A stretch of DNA of 63,813 bases, counting the filler, from Diploschistes diacapsis (lineage: Eukaryota), in assembly GCA_023645945.1 (NCBI GenBank). It is 19 parts of 19 records of this genome, joined end to end, with 100 filler letters (N's around TTAATTAATTAA, not from the genome) between each part and the next. Parts side by side here need not be neighbours in the genome. Positions count along the whole stretch, not along the records: positions 10,986 to 13,076 come from JALAIB010002375.1; positions 13,177 to 15,265 come from JALAIB010002376.1; positions 15,366 to 17,454 come from JALAIB010002377.1; positions 17,555 to 19,641 come from JALAIB010002378.1; positions 19,742 to 21,827 come from JALAIB010002379.1; positions 21,928 to 46,374 come from JALAIB010000238.1; 13 more parts are not named here. One strand, written 5' to 3'. The first letter of the stretch is position 1. Each line of letters begins with the position of its first letter. The position numbers were made by a program, and so were the translations under genes. The notes beneath the pieces were generated by a model. The model was not told the DNA's origin, searched no databases, and saw only the letters and a list, made by a program, of their open reading frames with translations. Below are positions 11,497 through 23,476 of the stretch, piece after piece.

Positions 11497-13076
11497 TTTC
11501 TTAAGATTAAGTACGAAAAGGTTATTGAAAACGAATATCGATAATTACGACTCGAGTTCACTACGTATAAACTTTTAGACGATTAATCGATTATAAATAT
11601 TTAGGTATATTTAATTCGCATCTAAAAGAAAATCAATATTACTAAATTAAACCAAAAATTCAGTGTTAGACCAGTTTTTTAACAATTACTAACTAATCTT
11701 TCATCTTTTTATAACACGTTGATTAACGGCATTAATATTCAGATCGAAGGAATCGATTTAAAAAACGTAAACTACGACAAATAATTAAATAAACTATCCG
11801 ACAAGTAACGAGCTTAAAGATTAAAACTATTACATATTCGAACGATAGACGTTACGATAGCAATAAACGCTTTAACAATAAGCGAAATATCAATCAACGA
11901 CGCGTTAATAATAAACCTATAACGTACCGTTAAAACAGAACACGTTCATTTAAACCTAAATCAGACAATTGCTTTCTTTATAAAGAAAATTATCGCGTAT
12001 CGAAGTATTCTTTCGTTCAAGAATTCCATAAACTTATTATAACAAGAAAGAAACTTACCCGTAAACATTATAACCATAATACGGAACAAGATGGCTCTTT
12101 CGAAAATAAAGATAGTTCGGCTGAATCTAAACCCGAACCTGAATTTCAACTAGAATATAATAATAAAGTTGATAATACGGCAATAGATGCTATTACTAAA
12201 AATAAAATCATTCCTATTAAATAGATTAATGACACTGGCGCTTCATCACATATAATTAATTAGCTGCATCTATTTAGAAAATTAATTCCTATTCGAAGAC
12301 GACGAATCAAAGTCGGGGAAAGAATACTCTATTTAGATTACGCTGAAAAAGTTAGGATAAAATATAGCAGTAATATTCTATATTTGAAATATATTATGTA
12401 TGTTTTAGGGTTAAAAGCGAACTTTATATCGAGACAGAAATTATGTAAAGCAGGTTTACGGAGAAGTTTTGATCAAGATGGCTTGTATTTATATAATGAC
12501 GAAGGACGGATCATTCTTACGTGCAAGAAAAAGAATGGAGTGTATTACATAAGTAAGGTTGTTAAGAAAGAACATGCATATGCTGCAACGGCGTATCTAG
12601 TAAAAATAACTGAACCTGAATTAAACCCAAAAGTTCAGCTGAACAAAACCAGTTATCAATTATAGCATGCACGTATTGCTCATATAGGACCCAAAAGGCT
12701 TCAGTATCTTCATAAAATAATAACGCTTACTAATCCGATCCGAGTTATATCACATACTTATGAAACATGCCAACTGACCAAAGCCAGGTAGCAGATAAAC
12801 CATATACTCGCTAAACACAAGTATGATTTACTAGATCTAGTAAATATCGACATTTACGGTCCATTTCCGAAATCCATTAAGAACAATTAATATTTTATAG
12901 AAATCGTAAATAACTACTCGCGTAAAACCTAGTCTATCTTATATAGAACCCGAAAAGAAACCGTTCGCATTATACAGCATTAAAAGATAAACGTAAAGTT
13001 CTAAAATAACAAACAACTTAAGACAATACGTCTCGATAATACATTTAAACTAATATCCATCATTAAAGATTAAAAA
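11497..13076 (+). mobile_element. Copia gag-protease-integrase fragment (RIP-degenerate)
   Basis: DTGASSH protease motif ~12230; HARIAHIGP; DIYGPFP integrase motif ~12850. Confidence 0.85.
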
Positions 13077-13182
13077 NNNNNNNNNNNNNNNNNNNNNNNN
13101 NNNNNNNNNNNNNNNNNNNNTTAATTAATTAANNNNNNNNNNNNNNNNNNNNNNNNNNNNNNNNNNNNNNNNNNNNAGAAAA

Positions 13183-13537
13183 GTTATAAATCTTAGATTA
13201 TCTTTAAAAAAAGGTTTTTTAAGGATAGAAATAACGAATATAAATTGATCCCGAATAATAACTAAGGATATTTATAAAAATAAACACGTTTTAAATTTAT
13301 AGAAGTCATGGCGACGTTTTTATATAATTAATAATTCTTTTAATAAAATAAATGAATAAATAAATAAAATTATCGTTCTTTTTTTCTATTCACGATTAAA
13401 TAGAATGGTCTTTCAGACCTTTTATTTATCACGTGACCCGTGTTATCCTGATTAGACTATATATAAGGAATGGTTGGGAAGTGCCCGATTAGCTGTTGCG
13501 TGCCAAGTACTACCGACTAGTACTTTGGATCGTAATA
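13183..13537 (-). mobile_element. LTR, family C (probable solo)
   Basis: Starts T(G>A)TTACGATCC on minus; shares CCCAACCATTC and CACGTGA blocks with 61105-61190 and its 3' half with 8791-9039. Confidence 0.55.
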
Positions 13538-15776
13538 ATAACGTCGAGAAGGATCTAATATTACGCGTAATATTAACGTTTATAATATAATAAAAAGAAT
13601 TTATTTCTTAATATTAAATATCGATAACACGTTAGTTTGCTCGCGTTGCCGTAGACATCTAACGTACCTAAAAGAGCAAAGCTAAGTGAGATGTCGAGCA
13701 ATAGATCTATTTACCTCCAGACAATCCTATTAGAAAGAAACAGACCGCCGCTAAAGTAGCGAAAAGAGCAGCAGCGGGAACCAAGCGGGTAAGAACGCCG
13801 ACGATAATAGAAGTAATAGATACTTAAGCCGAAGCGACCCGTAAATAATTTCGATAAATAATATTTTTAACCGAGATCTCGATAGCGAGAAAAAGGTAGA
13901 AAAGAATAATAATAAAAAAAGGAACGTATTATAAATATCCGAACGAAGTTAAATATAATAATAAATTAAGTAAAGGGTTTATAACACCGTTTATTAATTT
14001 TATTATCGTCGTCGCCGCCGATAGTATTCCGTAACTTTTAACGTAGGTTTTTATCTTTTTTTCCTTTCCAGTCCTTTCTTTCCTTCTTTCTTTTTTTTTT
14101 CTTTTATCCTTCCTTAGCCTTCTATTACCCCATTTCTTTCTCCGTAGCTAGCTATTTAGGGCATCCCTATCCTTCTTTTTTAACGGCGACGACGTAACGT
14201 TTCCGTTTATAAAATCAACGTTAGCGACGAGGCGCGTACGATAACCGAGCCGAAAGAACGCGTCGCAATCATAGAAGACGAGTTTTATTATAATAGGTAA
14301 GCGACGGAAGCGAAAGGCTATTAGAATTAAAATAAAAAAAAGGGCGATAACGATAATAACGGTAACGGCGGCGATAAGATCTATAAAGATATTAATACAA
14401 GAATAAAAGAAAAAGAAGAAAAAATAAATAAAAAAATAAAAAAAATAGACGAAAAAGAAGAAAAGAGGGATAAAATATAAGGCGCGTAAGGCTGATTAAT
14501 AGTTAATAATGTCGTAAAAAGGTTATTTAAATATTAATTATTTAAATCATCTAATAAACGAAATATTAAATTTTAAAAAAGAGTTTTAAAATATATAGAA
14601 AAAAAGAAGTTTTAATAATAAGAAATGTTATCATATGACATAAACACTAAAGGAAATGTATATAAATTTATATGGGACCTAATTTAGCGTGTATATAGAT
14701 TAATTGTCAGCCCTACGAGGTTTGTATGGACGGGGTGGGGAGCAGGTGGTGTTCCTGAATCGCCTCGGTAATCACCCTTTACCGCCTTGGCGCCGTATGT
14801 CCGTTAGTACAGAGGTTTATATCCGTAAGCCTTTTACCCCTCTGTTCCTGTTCTTAGTTGAATGTTCCCTTAAGCGGCGAGCTTTCTAGGCTTTCCTCTT
14901 TTTCTATTAGCGAGGACACAGCGGCAGCGTTTATAAAAACTGCGCCACGGGCGGAATGTACGACAGCCGAGCGCGAAACAAGGTATTACGTCTTATTACC
15001 ACGGCAGGGGCAGCAACGCAAACAAGGGCTTGTCTTATTCTGCCTACTGTAAAATTGTGTAACATATTTGGTGGCGCCCTAGTGATGCATTCTGTCTAGT
15101 TCGCTGTGGCTCTGCTAGGTACTTAAATCTCTATGTAACTTATATACAAATGCATGTCACTTATAGAAATATGTAGAACTATATAGAATTAAATATAAAT
15201 TAAAGATAATTTAATTATTATTATAGCTATAGAGATTATATCGTAATATAAAATAAATATTAAAGNNNNNNNNNNNNNNNNNNNNNNNNNNNNNNNNNNN
15301 NNNNNNNNNTTAATTAATTAANNNNNNNNNNNNNNNNNNNNNNNNNNNNNNNNNNNNNNNNNNNNGGGAAATTAGGCTCGAGGGGCAGGGCGGTCTTGTC
15401 CGTTTATGTGTGGGAGGAGGAAGGGCAGGATGAGAAGATGCTGGCTAGCTATTTGAATAAAAAATAACAAGCTGCGGGTATGCCAGGACAATGTCAAAGA
15501 AAACAACCTCTCTAAGCTGAACAATGGGCTGAATCTGGAGTGGAGGGTCCTCTTGGCAGGCACTGGTGGGGCGCCGGGCCGTTTGTCCCTTCTAGCAGCC
15601 TAGTTAGATGCACCCTATAGAGGTTTTATATCAGGATGAGAGAACAAAGTGAATGATGCTGTTTGCAAATAGTATTATATACATGAGGCCAGCTTGAATA
15701 TACAAATTGTACATATCCAGGGAGATGCACAAACGCCAATATTCAAAAGAGTATTATCAGGGAATCGCATCATGTC

Positions 15777-16704
15777 TCATGAATGGTTATCTTCCATGCA
15801 TGCCTGATATTGCTCGTGTATCTGCCCCTGCAAATTAGTAGAGCCGAACCTCCAAAGGTTCGATGTCCATCTCGAACAGATATTCCTCGTCGTCCAAAGC
15901 ATAGGCTTTGGGGCCTCGGGCCAGTTCTTCCACATGTCACCCTCAGACATCAGGTCGTGATTGCAGAAGATGATGCTGATCTGGTTCCATAGGCTGCGTC
16001 TACCCATGGCCTTTTTAGCATGCGCAATAAACATCTCTTTCGCGGGGAAGGCCATTAAAAGGCTTCAGAAGCAGCCCGGGTTCCTCGGTCATGTGCTGGT
16101 GCAGGGAGGGACCAAAGGAGTCCATTATTTCAACAAGCTTCTCGCCCTGGAAATATTCAGGTCTCTTGGCGCATTCCTGCAGATACTCGTGGTATTGGTG
16201 AAGGCCATCGTGGAAAGCCGCCAGAAAGCATGGGTCAGCGGTGTTAATCGCTAACTAGGAACAGGCTTCTCCCGAAATTGAGGGAAGAATGAGATAGCAC
16301 ATACCATGTTGCTCGACTGCAGCGTCCAAGAAGCACGGTTGGCCTATCGCACGCTCCATTTCGGAGAACAGCTCCTGCTCTTCACCGTCGTGATGCACTT
16401 GCAGGACATCGTGCCAGCAAAGAGCATATTAGATGAAGTCGGCGTAGTTACGGTCCAAAACCAAGGGTGCCTGCCGGTATATGCTATTGTAAGCTCTGAA
16501 CATCAAGTTGTGGACCATTGCCATGTCAGACGATATAAAATATGAAGTTGTCCGTCCGGTTTCAAGCAGCGTCTTAGTCCATCTGTCTGGACTTTGTTTT
16601 GAGGGAGGGTAGTGGTAAGGGTAGTGGCCATGTTGCTTGCTCCTGGGACCAAGGTATTCGATTTGAGTCAACGGCCGTGGGATCTTTGCGAAAAGGTCTC
16701 GCAA
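15777..16704 (-). pseudogene. Hemerythrin (HHE cation-binding) domain pseudogene
   Basis: MAMVHN..RAYNSIY, HHDGEEQELF, EQH/AFHDGL and HMTEE motifs; in-frame TAA 16429-16431, intron acceptor reads GG instead of AG (~16221), frameshift ~16060. Confidence 0.8.
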
Positions 16705-17554
16705 TACTATTATTAGTGTTCCTGATGCGAAAAATAGAGAAAGACAAATTAAGGCGCCATCTTATTTGCTCTAACTAAAGAAACGGAAGTCAAGGCAATT
16801 AAAAAAGGTAGTCATATAGATCAGCAGGTTGATAGGAAAGAAAGCCAGAATCAAATTCGATACTCAAAATACCGTTACCACTCCCCCACTTTTCATTCAT
16901 ATTCTAAAGTCTCCCCTGATATCGCAGCGCCAGGTTCAAACCAGGTCAGCTCATTCTGCCGCATGATCATAATCAGGATGGAGTTGCCCAGCGTTGAATT
17001 TGAAAGCACAACACCGCAGCAGCACGTGGCGAGAGATTGGAAACGACCTTTAGTAGACATCTAAACTCTTTGTGCAACAGAACTCGGTTTAGAATTCAGA
17101 TGCTGTGTAAACACATGGGATGTGGCATATGGGTAGCGCCTATTTATGGGGGCAGTTATTCTGACCGAAATAAACGCTATTACATAAGTAATTATCGGAG
17201 TTGACACTTCCGATCTTTCTGAATTTTCTATGTCTTCCCACTACATCTCAATATACGTGCACGGTTTATTTGAAGCAAAGAATATCGAAGGTAACGGTAA
17301 CTAGACTAAATTAATGATTCTGATTCGAATGGTGATATTTGTTTTGAAGGAGCGTGGGTGTAAAAAAACTTATAATAAACATCACTTGAAAGACCCGCAA
17401 AAAGGGCGTAAAGGCTAATGGTAAAATATATATTTATTTCGGTCACAATAACTGNNNNNNNNNNNNNNNNNNNNNNNNNNNNNNNNNNNNNNNNNNNNTT
17501 AATTAATTAANNNNNNNNNNNNNNNNNNNNNNNNNNNNNNNNNNNNNNNNNNNN

Positions 17555-19641
17555 TAATAATAAAATAAACGATATCTTATTTAAAAAACGGGTTGCCTCT
17601 ATCCTAAAAAAAGAGAATTAATAATAATAATTCGAGCTTATACGCATATATCTTAAAAGTAAAGAGATAAACTACGTTTTTGATAATTAATCACCAATAT
17701 CGCTTATTATAGACACCTTAAATAATTTAATATCATCTATCCTTACCGGTTCAGGTTCAATTTTAGATAAAACACTTAAATAATAAAAGTGGAACATCCT
17801 GAACGTTTGTGGGTTCAAGGGTTGAACCCCGTAGGGCAGTAGGGCTGGCACTCAGACTATTTATTTGTGCCCTACTCCCACCTAGATAGTTCCTTCCTTA
17901 CCTTTCCGAATCTGAACCATTCAGCCTATAGATTGCAGTTATACGTGATTTTTCCAGCTTAGGCCTAGCCTCTGGTTGTGTAGTATTCCTATAAAGGCGT
18001 TCTACATTCGAAAAGGTCCTTCAGGGCTACCTGCTCAGCTTAGGACCTGAAGTATTCAGCCTACATCACTTATTTACCCACCTATCTACGAGAAAGAATC
18101 TAGACCTAATCTTATCTGATGCTGCCTACGCGAGCTGGCGCGTTTTTGAAGATGAAGGTCTACGACACCTAGGAGCGACGAAAAACTTCTTACGACACCT
18201 AGAAGCGACGAAAATCTCCTACGAACAAGCAAAAGATCGATTAATTAAAAATCTCGATCTAATTAGTATTTAGTTATGGCTATAGCTAAAATGCTAGATC
18301 TAGTCTTATTTGTCGCGATACGATATTATTTAAGCGAATAATCTGGTAGTAATAGATTTACGTACGACACACCCATTTAAAGCGACGAAAAGCTTTTATA
18401 AAGAATCTACGATAAGCAATAGATTGACGAATTAGAGGCCACGATCTAATTTAATTAATTACGACGAAAGAGCTTGGGATCTTATATAAGTTTTGAACTA
18501 ATTAAACCTTTATTTTATTAATAAATAAACCTTTATTTCGTTACCTTTCGAAAGCGGTTTCTATTGTCACGTTTATTGCTGTTATTACTGCTTTTCGCCT
18601 TGGGAGTCGCCTGTTTTTAATATTATTGGTCTAATAACACCCATTTACGACGCCGAAACTTGAGAGGAGTAAAATCGGGTACGTGTTTACGTGTAATACG
18701 GGTTAAAGATAATAAAAAGAAAAGGGACTGGACTAGGCTGAAAAGAATATGATATTAAGATATAGGAGGAGTAGATATCCGAATTAAGAAAGAAGGAATA
18801 AGGGTTTTATTTTATTTTGTTTTGTTTTATTGTTAGGGGACAGCAATAGTTTAAAAAAGGAAATAATAAAACATCCTGAACGTTTATAGGTTCAAGAGTT
18901 GAACCCCGTAAAACAATAAGGCTAGTACTTAGACTATTTATTTGTGCCCTACTTCCACCTAGATAGTTCCTTCCTTACCTTTCCGAATCTGAACCATTCA
19001 GCCTACAGATTACAGCTACACGTGATCCTTCCAGCTTAGGCCTAGCCCCTGGTTGTGTAGTATTCCTATAGGGGCGTTCTAAAAAGAAAGATTAATTTAA
19101 AACAAATTACTAGATTATGATCTATACGGAAGAAATTGACTAAGAACGTTTTCGTGGTTTATTTATTACGAAAGCCAGATGGGATTCTCTGAAGGCAAAA
19201 TACCAGGCGATAACTGAACCTGAACGTCGGTAATTGAACCTTAAATTCGCTAATTACAAATTTAAAAAAAGCACGACCATTTAGGAAACATAAATATATC
19301 TACCAAAACTTTTAAAAAAACTATCGTATAAACGAGAAAAATACGTATTAAAAATCCCCTTTTAATAATTATTTACAGCATTGCCGCCTAACTACGGAAT
19401 TATTATCGACGTTATTAATACGTAAATCGATAATGTTTCATCCGTTAATATCGATTTCGATAGATGGTTCAATAGGCTTACCGATAAGTAAAATAAGCTA
19501 ATAGAAAAGATTATAGCATATTTCCTACGTTATAATAAATTATAACACCCTAAAAATTCCCGCTCCCAAAAACGATCCGACGAAAAACGACGCCGCTATT
19601 TTAATTCAATAAGAGGATGTTTATTTTACGAAGACAATGAC
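17555..19641 (+). mobile_element. Copia-like gag relic interrupted by the element at 17790-19081
   Basis: KARWDSLKAKY motif at ~19170-19203 resembles Copia gag; flanks rejoin across the AAAAG duplication. Confidence 0.5.
17790..19081 (+). mobile_element. Complete non-autonomous LTR retroelement (TRIM-like, 1292 bp)
   Basis: Two 215-bp direct LTRs (17790-18004, 18867-19081), TGGAAC...GTTC(C>T)A ends, purine tract 18853-18866, 5-bp TSD AAAAG (17785-17789, 19082-19086). Confidence 0.9.
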
Positions 19642-19741
19642 NNNNNNNNNNNNNNNNNNNNNNNNNNNNNNNNNNNNNNNNNNNNTTAATTAATTAANNN
19701 NNNNNNNNNNNNNNNNNNNNNNNNNNNNNNNNNNNNNNNNN

Positions 19742-19827
19742 ACGGTAGTGTCCGTGGCAGTATCGTGTTTTAAAAATTTTCTCGGTAATGTCCGTGGAAG
19801 TGTCCGTGGCACGAAACGGCCAGTTTA
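19742..19827 (-). mobile_element. ACACGG-repeat MITE 5' end (contig edge)
   Basis: Reverse complement of 19967-20052. Confidence 0.8.
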
Positions 19828-19966
19828 ATTCGAATAACGTCGAATCGGATTAATTAGTTTTAAAACGGCTCGTAACGTCTAACTAAATTCTTTATTAAAT
19901 GCGACCGAATTACGAAAGATTATATACGTTATTTTATCGTCGGCTCCGTTAAACCTATCTTCGTTC

Positions 19967-20158
19967 TAGGCTGGCCGTTTCGTGCCACGGACACTTCCAC
20001 GGACATTACCGAGAAAATTTTTAAAACACGACACTACCACGAACACTACCGCTAAAATTTTAAAACACGGACACTTCTACGGACATTACATTATAATAAA
20101 AGCACGGACACGGACACTACGGCTAAAAATTTTAAAACACGGACACTTCCACGGACAT
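19967..20158 (+). mobile_element. ACACGG-repeat MITE 5' part, interrupted by an LTR element
   Basis: TAGGCTGGCCGTTTCGTGCCACGGACAC start; repeats stop abruptly at TGTGGTAG. Confidence 0.8.
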
Positions 20159-21827
20159 TGTGGTAGTTGCTGGGCTTGTTGGTGGATCGCTTGGGGTTGC
20201 TACTAGGGTTGCTGGTGGCAGGTGGTGCCGACCTCGCTGCCACAAGCAACATCTATGACGATGCCGCTTGGCATCTGTTGTATATAAGTAGATTTTATTA
20301 CAGACTTAGCTAGAATCTATATTTACTTCTCTTACTTTTAATTAATGAATTGATTTACCTAGCAAATTGGTAGCAACGAGGATAGTTTGATTTCTTTTAT
20401 TTTAATGCTGTATTAGTATCAGTAGAGCTTGATTCTCTATCTAGTCTTACTTGTTGGATTAGATCTTGTTTCTGAAGCTTGGACTTCGGAAAATTTATTT
20501 TTTTCCTACCTTCCAGCCCTTTACTGCACTTTGTTTTTAAAATTTTGTTACTTTCTCTTTATATAATTAGATAATATCGGGATCTGGTGTTTGAGTATCT
20601 CGCCCATTTTCTTGGTTAACTGTTTGACTTTACTGTTTTGCACACGTTTTTTGTTGAAGTAGTTGATAGTTTTAATTAAACTTCCTGAACTGAACTGACA
20701 GTAGAGCTATGACGGCAGATTTACGACTGAGCTTAAATATTTAAATAAAGTCGATCTAGAAAGCAGCTTTCTCTTAATCTTATGAAATTTGGAATTATTT
20801 ATATTATTTTTAAGTAGAGAAGACAGCCCCGATATAATAATTTAGAAAATAATGAGATTTCGATTTTATTTAGAAAGTGGAAACAAAGTTTTAGATTTAT
20901 AATTCTACGACGAGGCCGTACGTTGGGTTTTAAAGAATTACGAAAAGCCGTTAAACATCGAGGAATTAGGACGAGAATTCAAAGAGAAATATATTTTGAA
21001 GCGATAACGGTAGATCAGATCTAGTATTTAGGCCAAATCTTCCTCGGTTTATTTATTATCTTAATTATTCCCGTTAGAGTGGATTGCGGATCCGACGCTT
21101 GTGTCGGTAGAACTCAGAGCGTTTGGTTTTAGTTGATAGAGTTTCTATTCGTTAGACTAGAATAGAAGTTGGACCGAAAGCGAGATGAACGTGAACGAAG
21201 TTCAGATCGCGGTCGGGATCAAGGTGCTCGACGTTAGCGAGATGTTTCTTTATTTTTTTCGATAGAAGATTTGTCGATTAATTCTAGTAAGCGTTAGTTT
21301 AATGTTAGAGCGGTCGGTTATTTTGATCCGGATTAAAATGTATCCGCGATAGAAGTTAAAGATAAATACAATGTTTATCACGATTTATACGCCTTTAAAG
21401 AAAGGATTAAAATAAAGTTAATAACGAAGTCGAATGAATTCCTAGTTTAGAATCTTGACGCCTATCTACTCGACGCCGTTAATAGATGATATATAAAAGA
21501 ATTAAACAAAGTTATAAGGATCGGGCTCCGCGATGCCGACGTCGATATTTGATATAATAAATTAGAGATTAGATTTAAATTATCGTCCGATCGAGCATTA
21601 ACTTCGCTGGAAGGTCTACGATTTGGAATTACAGATATATAAAATAATAAAGACCCGCTAGACTTCTTATTTAAATTTAAACATTTGGCGATATATGTTG
21701 GTATTATATCAAATGAACGCTTATAGGCGTTAATGATTTATTAATATCTAAATGGTCAGCTACGTCGCGATATACGAATATTTAAGGATAATAAACTGAA
21801 GTGGGCTAATCTTCTTAACGTTATAAG
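20159..21827 (+). mobile_element. LTR family B (~20159-20364) with PBS-like TGGTAGCA and degenerate gag
   Basis: LTR homologous to 50139-50320; TGGTAGCA at 20368 resembles a tRNA-iMet PBS; downstream RIP-degenerate gag-like frame. Confidence 0.65.
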
Positions 21828-21927
21828 NNNNNNNNNNNNNNNNNNNNNNNNNNNNNNNNNNNNNNNNNNNNTTAATTAATTAANNNNNNNNNNNNNNNNN
21901 NNNNNNNNNNNNNNNNNNNNNNNNNNN

Positions 21928-23036
21928 CCCCCCTCCCTCTCCACCAACTCCCTAAAGTCCTCGTCCCACAGCACAACCGCCAAGCCCAACGCGGCCGTGG
22001 GCTCGATCAAAACCCTCATCCTCTCCCACACCAGCCTCATGGCCCCAAGAATCTCCTCCTCCCCGACACTAAACACGCCCGCCACTTTCCCCGGATCACA
22101 AATAACCCCCCACGGAATCTCACCAACAGGCGTCCTCACCCCGTCCGCAACCGTCAAGCTGCTGACCCTGACCACCCTCGTCGGCGGATGCGCCGCGAGC
22201 CCGCGCCGGCAGTCGTCCGCGCCCATGAAGCTCGGCTCCGCGCCGAAGACGCGCGTGCCGGAGCCCGCGAGCGCGGTCGCGATCCCGCTCAGCATGCCGC
22301 CCCCTCCGCACGGGGCTATCAGCGCGTCCAGCCTGCCCCCCCTGGCTCCATGCACGCTCAGCCGCGGCTCCCTCGCCACCATCTCCCTGGCCTGCGCCTC
22401 CATCTCGACCGCCTGCGTGCCCTGCCCCAGCACGATGTCCACGGCATCGTACGGCGGCACGAGCACGAGCCCGGGCTCCTGCGCCATCAGGCCCCGCACT
22501 ACGTCCTCGCGCTCCTCCGCCGTGCTGCCGGAGAAGACGACCCGCGCGCCGTATTCCTTCGTGGCCGCGATCTTGGCGGGTGTCGAAATGGTCGGCATGA
22601 CGATGGTGGCGCGGATGCCGAAGTCGCGCGCCGCGAGCGCCAGCGCCTGCGCGTGGTTGCCCGAGGAGTGCGTTATGACTCCGCTTTGCTTGACCGCCGT
22701 CTGCGTGAGCGGGGAGGAGAGCAGACGGGAGAGGGCGTGGAAGGCGCCACGGGCTTTGAAGGCGCCGCCGCGTTGGAGGTTTTCGCATTTGAAGAAGAGG
22801 TTGATCTTTGGGTGTGTGGGGTGATGGGCGGAGGGAGGTTGAGAGGATGAGGGAGTTTGGGGTCGGAGTTGTCGGGGTTTGGAGGCGATGCGGTTGAGGG
22901 TGCGGTTCGTGAGGACGGGGGTAAGGTGAATGTGTGGTTCGATGAGGGCGTAAGCGGCGAAGACGGATTCCCGCGTGAGAGGGCGGGAGTTGTCCATTTC
23001 TGTCCTGGGGTCGGAATGGTGGGAACTCATGATCAT
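21928..23036 (-). CDS. PLP-dependent serine racemase / threonine dehydratase family (SRY1-like), 3' end truncated by contig edge
   Basis: FKCENLQRGGAFKARGA PLP-lysine motif, SSGNHAQA, PCGGGGMLSG, IEPTAALGLA; alternative ATG at 22997. Confidence 0.92.
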
Positions 23037-23476
23037 TGCAGAAATATAGAAGATGAGTAGATATGCTCAAGATCAAGATCGATTGAGCGCATAACGGAGA
23101 ACCGTACAAGATTTGTCAAAAGGGCATGCTGATATTGGAGATCCTTCGAAAATGAGTATCACTGCTAAGATTACCTCTGTACGATTTGTATGAAGGCATT
23201 GAGGTATGGGATATTGATGGGATACGAAACTTTTCGAATTTTAATTGCTGTCAAACGAGACTTCGCAATCCCGGGCCATTCAAAACACCCCCACAGTGGG
23301 GGTTCAACAACCGTTTTACTCGTAGATCCGCCACATCAACGCTCAAGAGTCTTGCCACACCTCTATCTTGTTGTAATGTCTAGTGCTTTTCCTACCAAGG
23401 CCATGGCCGTCATGGTGCTTGCGCTACAAACAAGTAACGCTAGATTCCATACGAGATCGAAAGCTTCCACTCCTCC

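Noticed and set aside
10986..13076. Frequent in-frame TAA/TAG as a sign of an alternative genetic code or organellar DNA
   Set aside because: Stops fall at Trp/Gln positions of transposon motifs, as expected from RIP; host genes use the standard code
21997..23109. Long alternative-frame ORFs over the dehydratase gene
   Set aside because: By-products of high GC3; only one frame has family motifs
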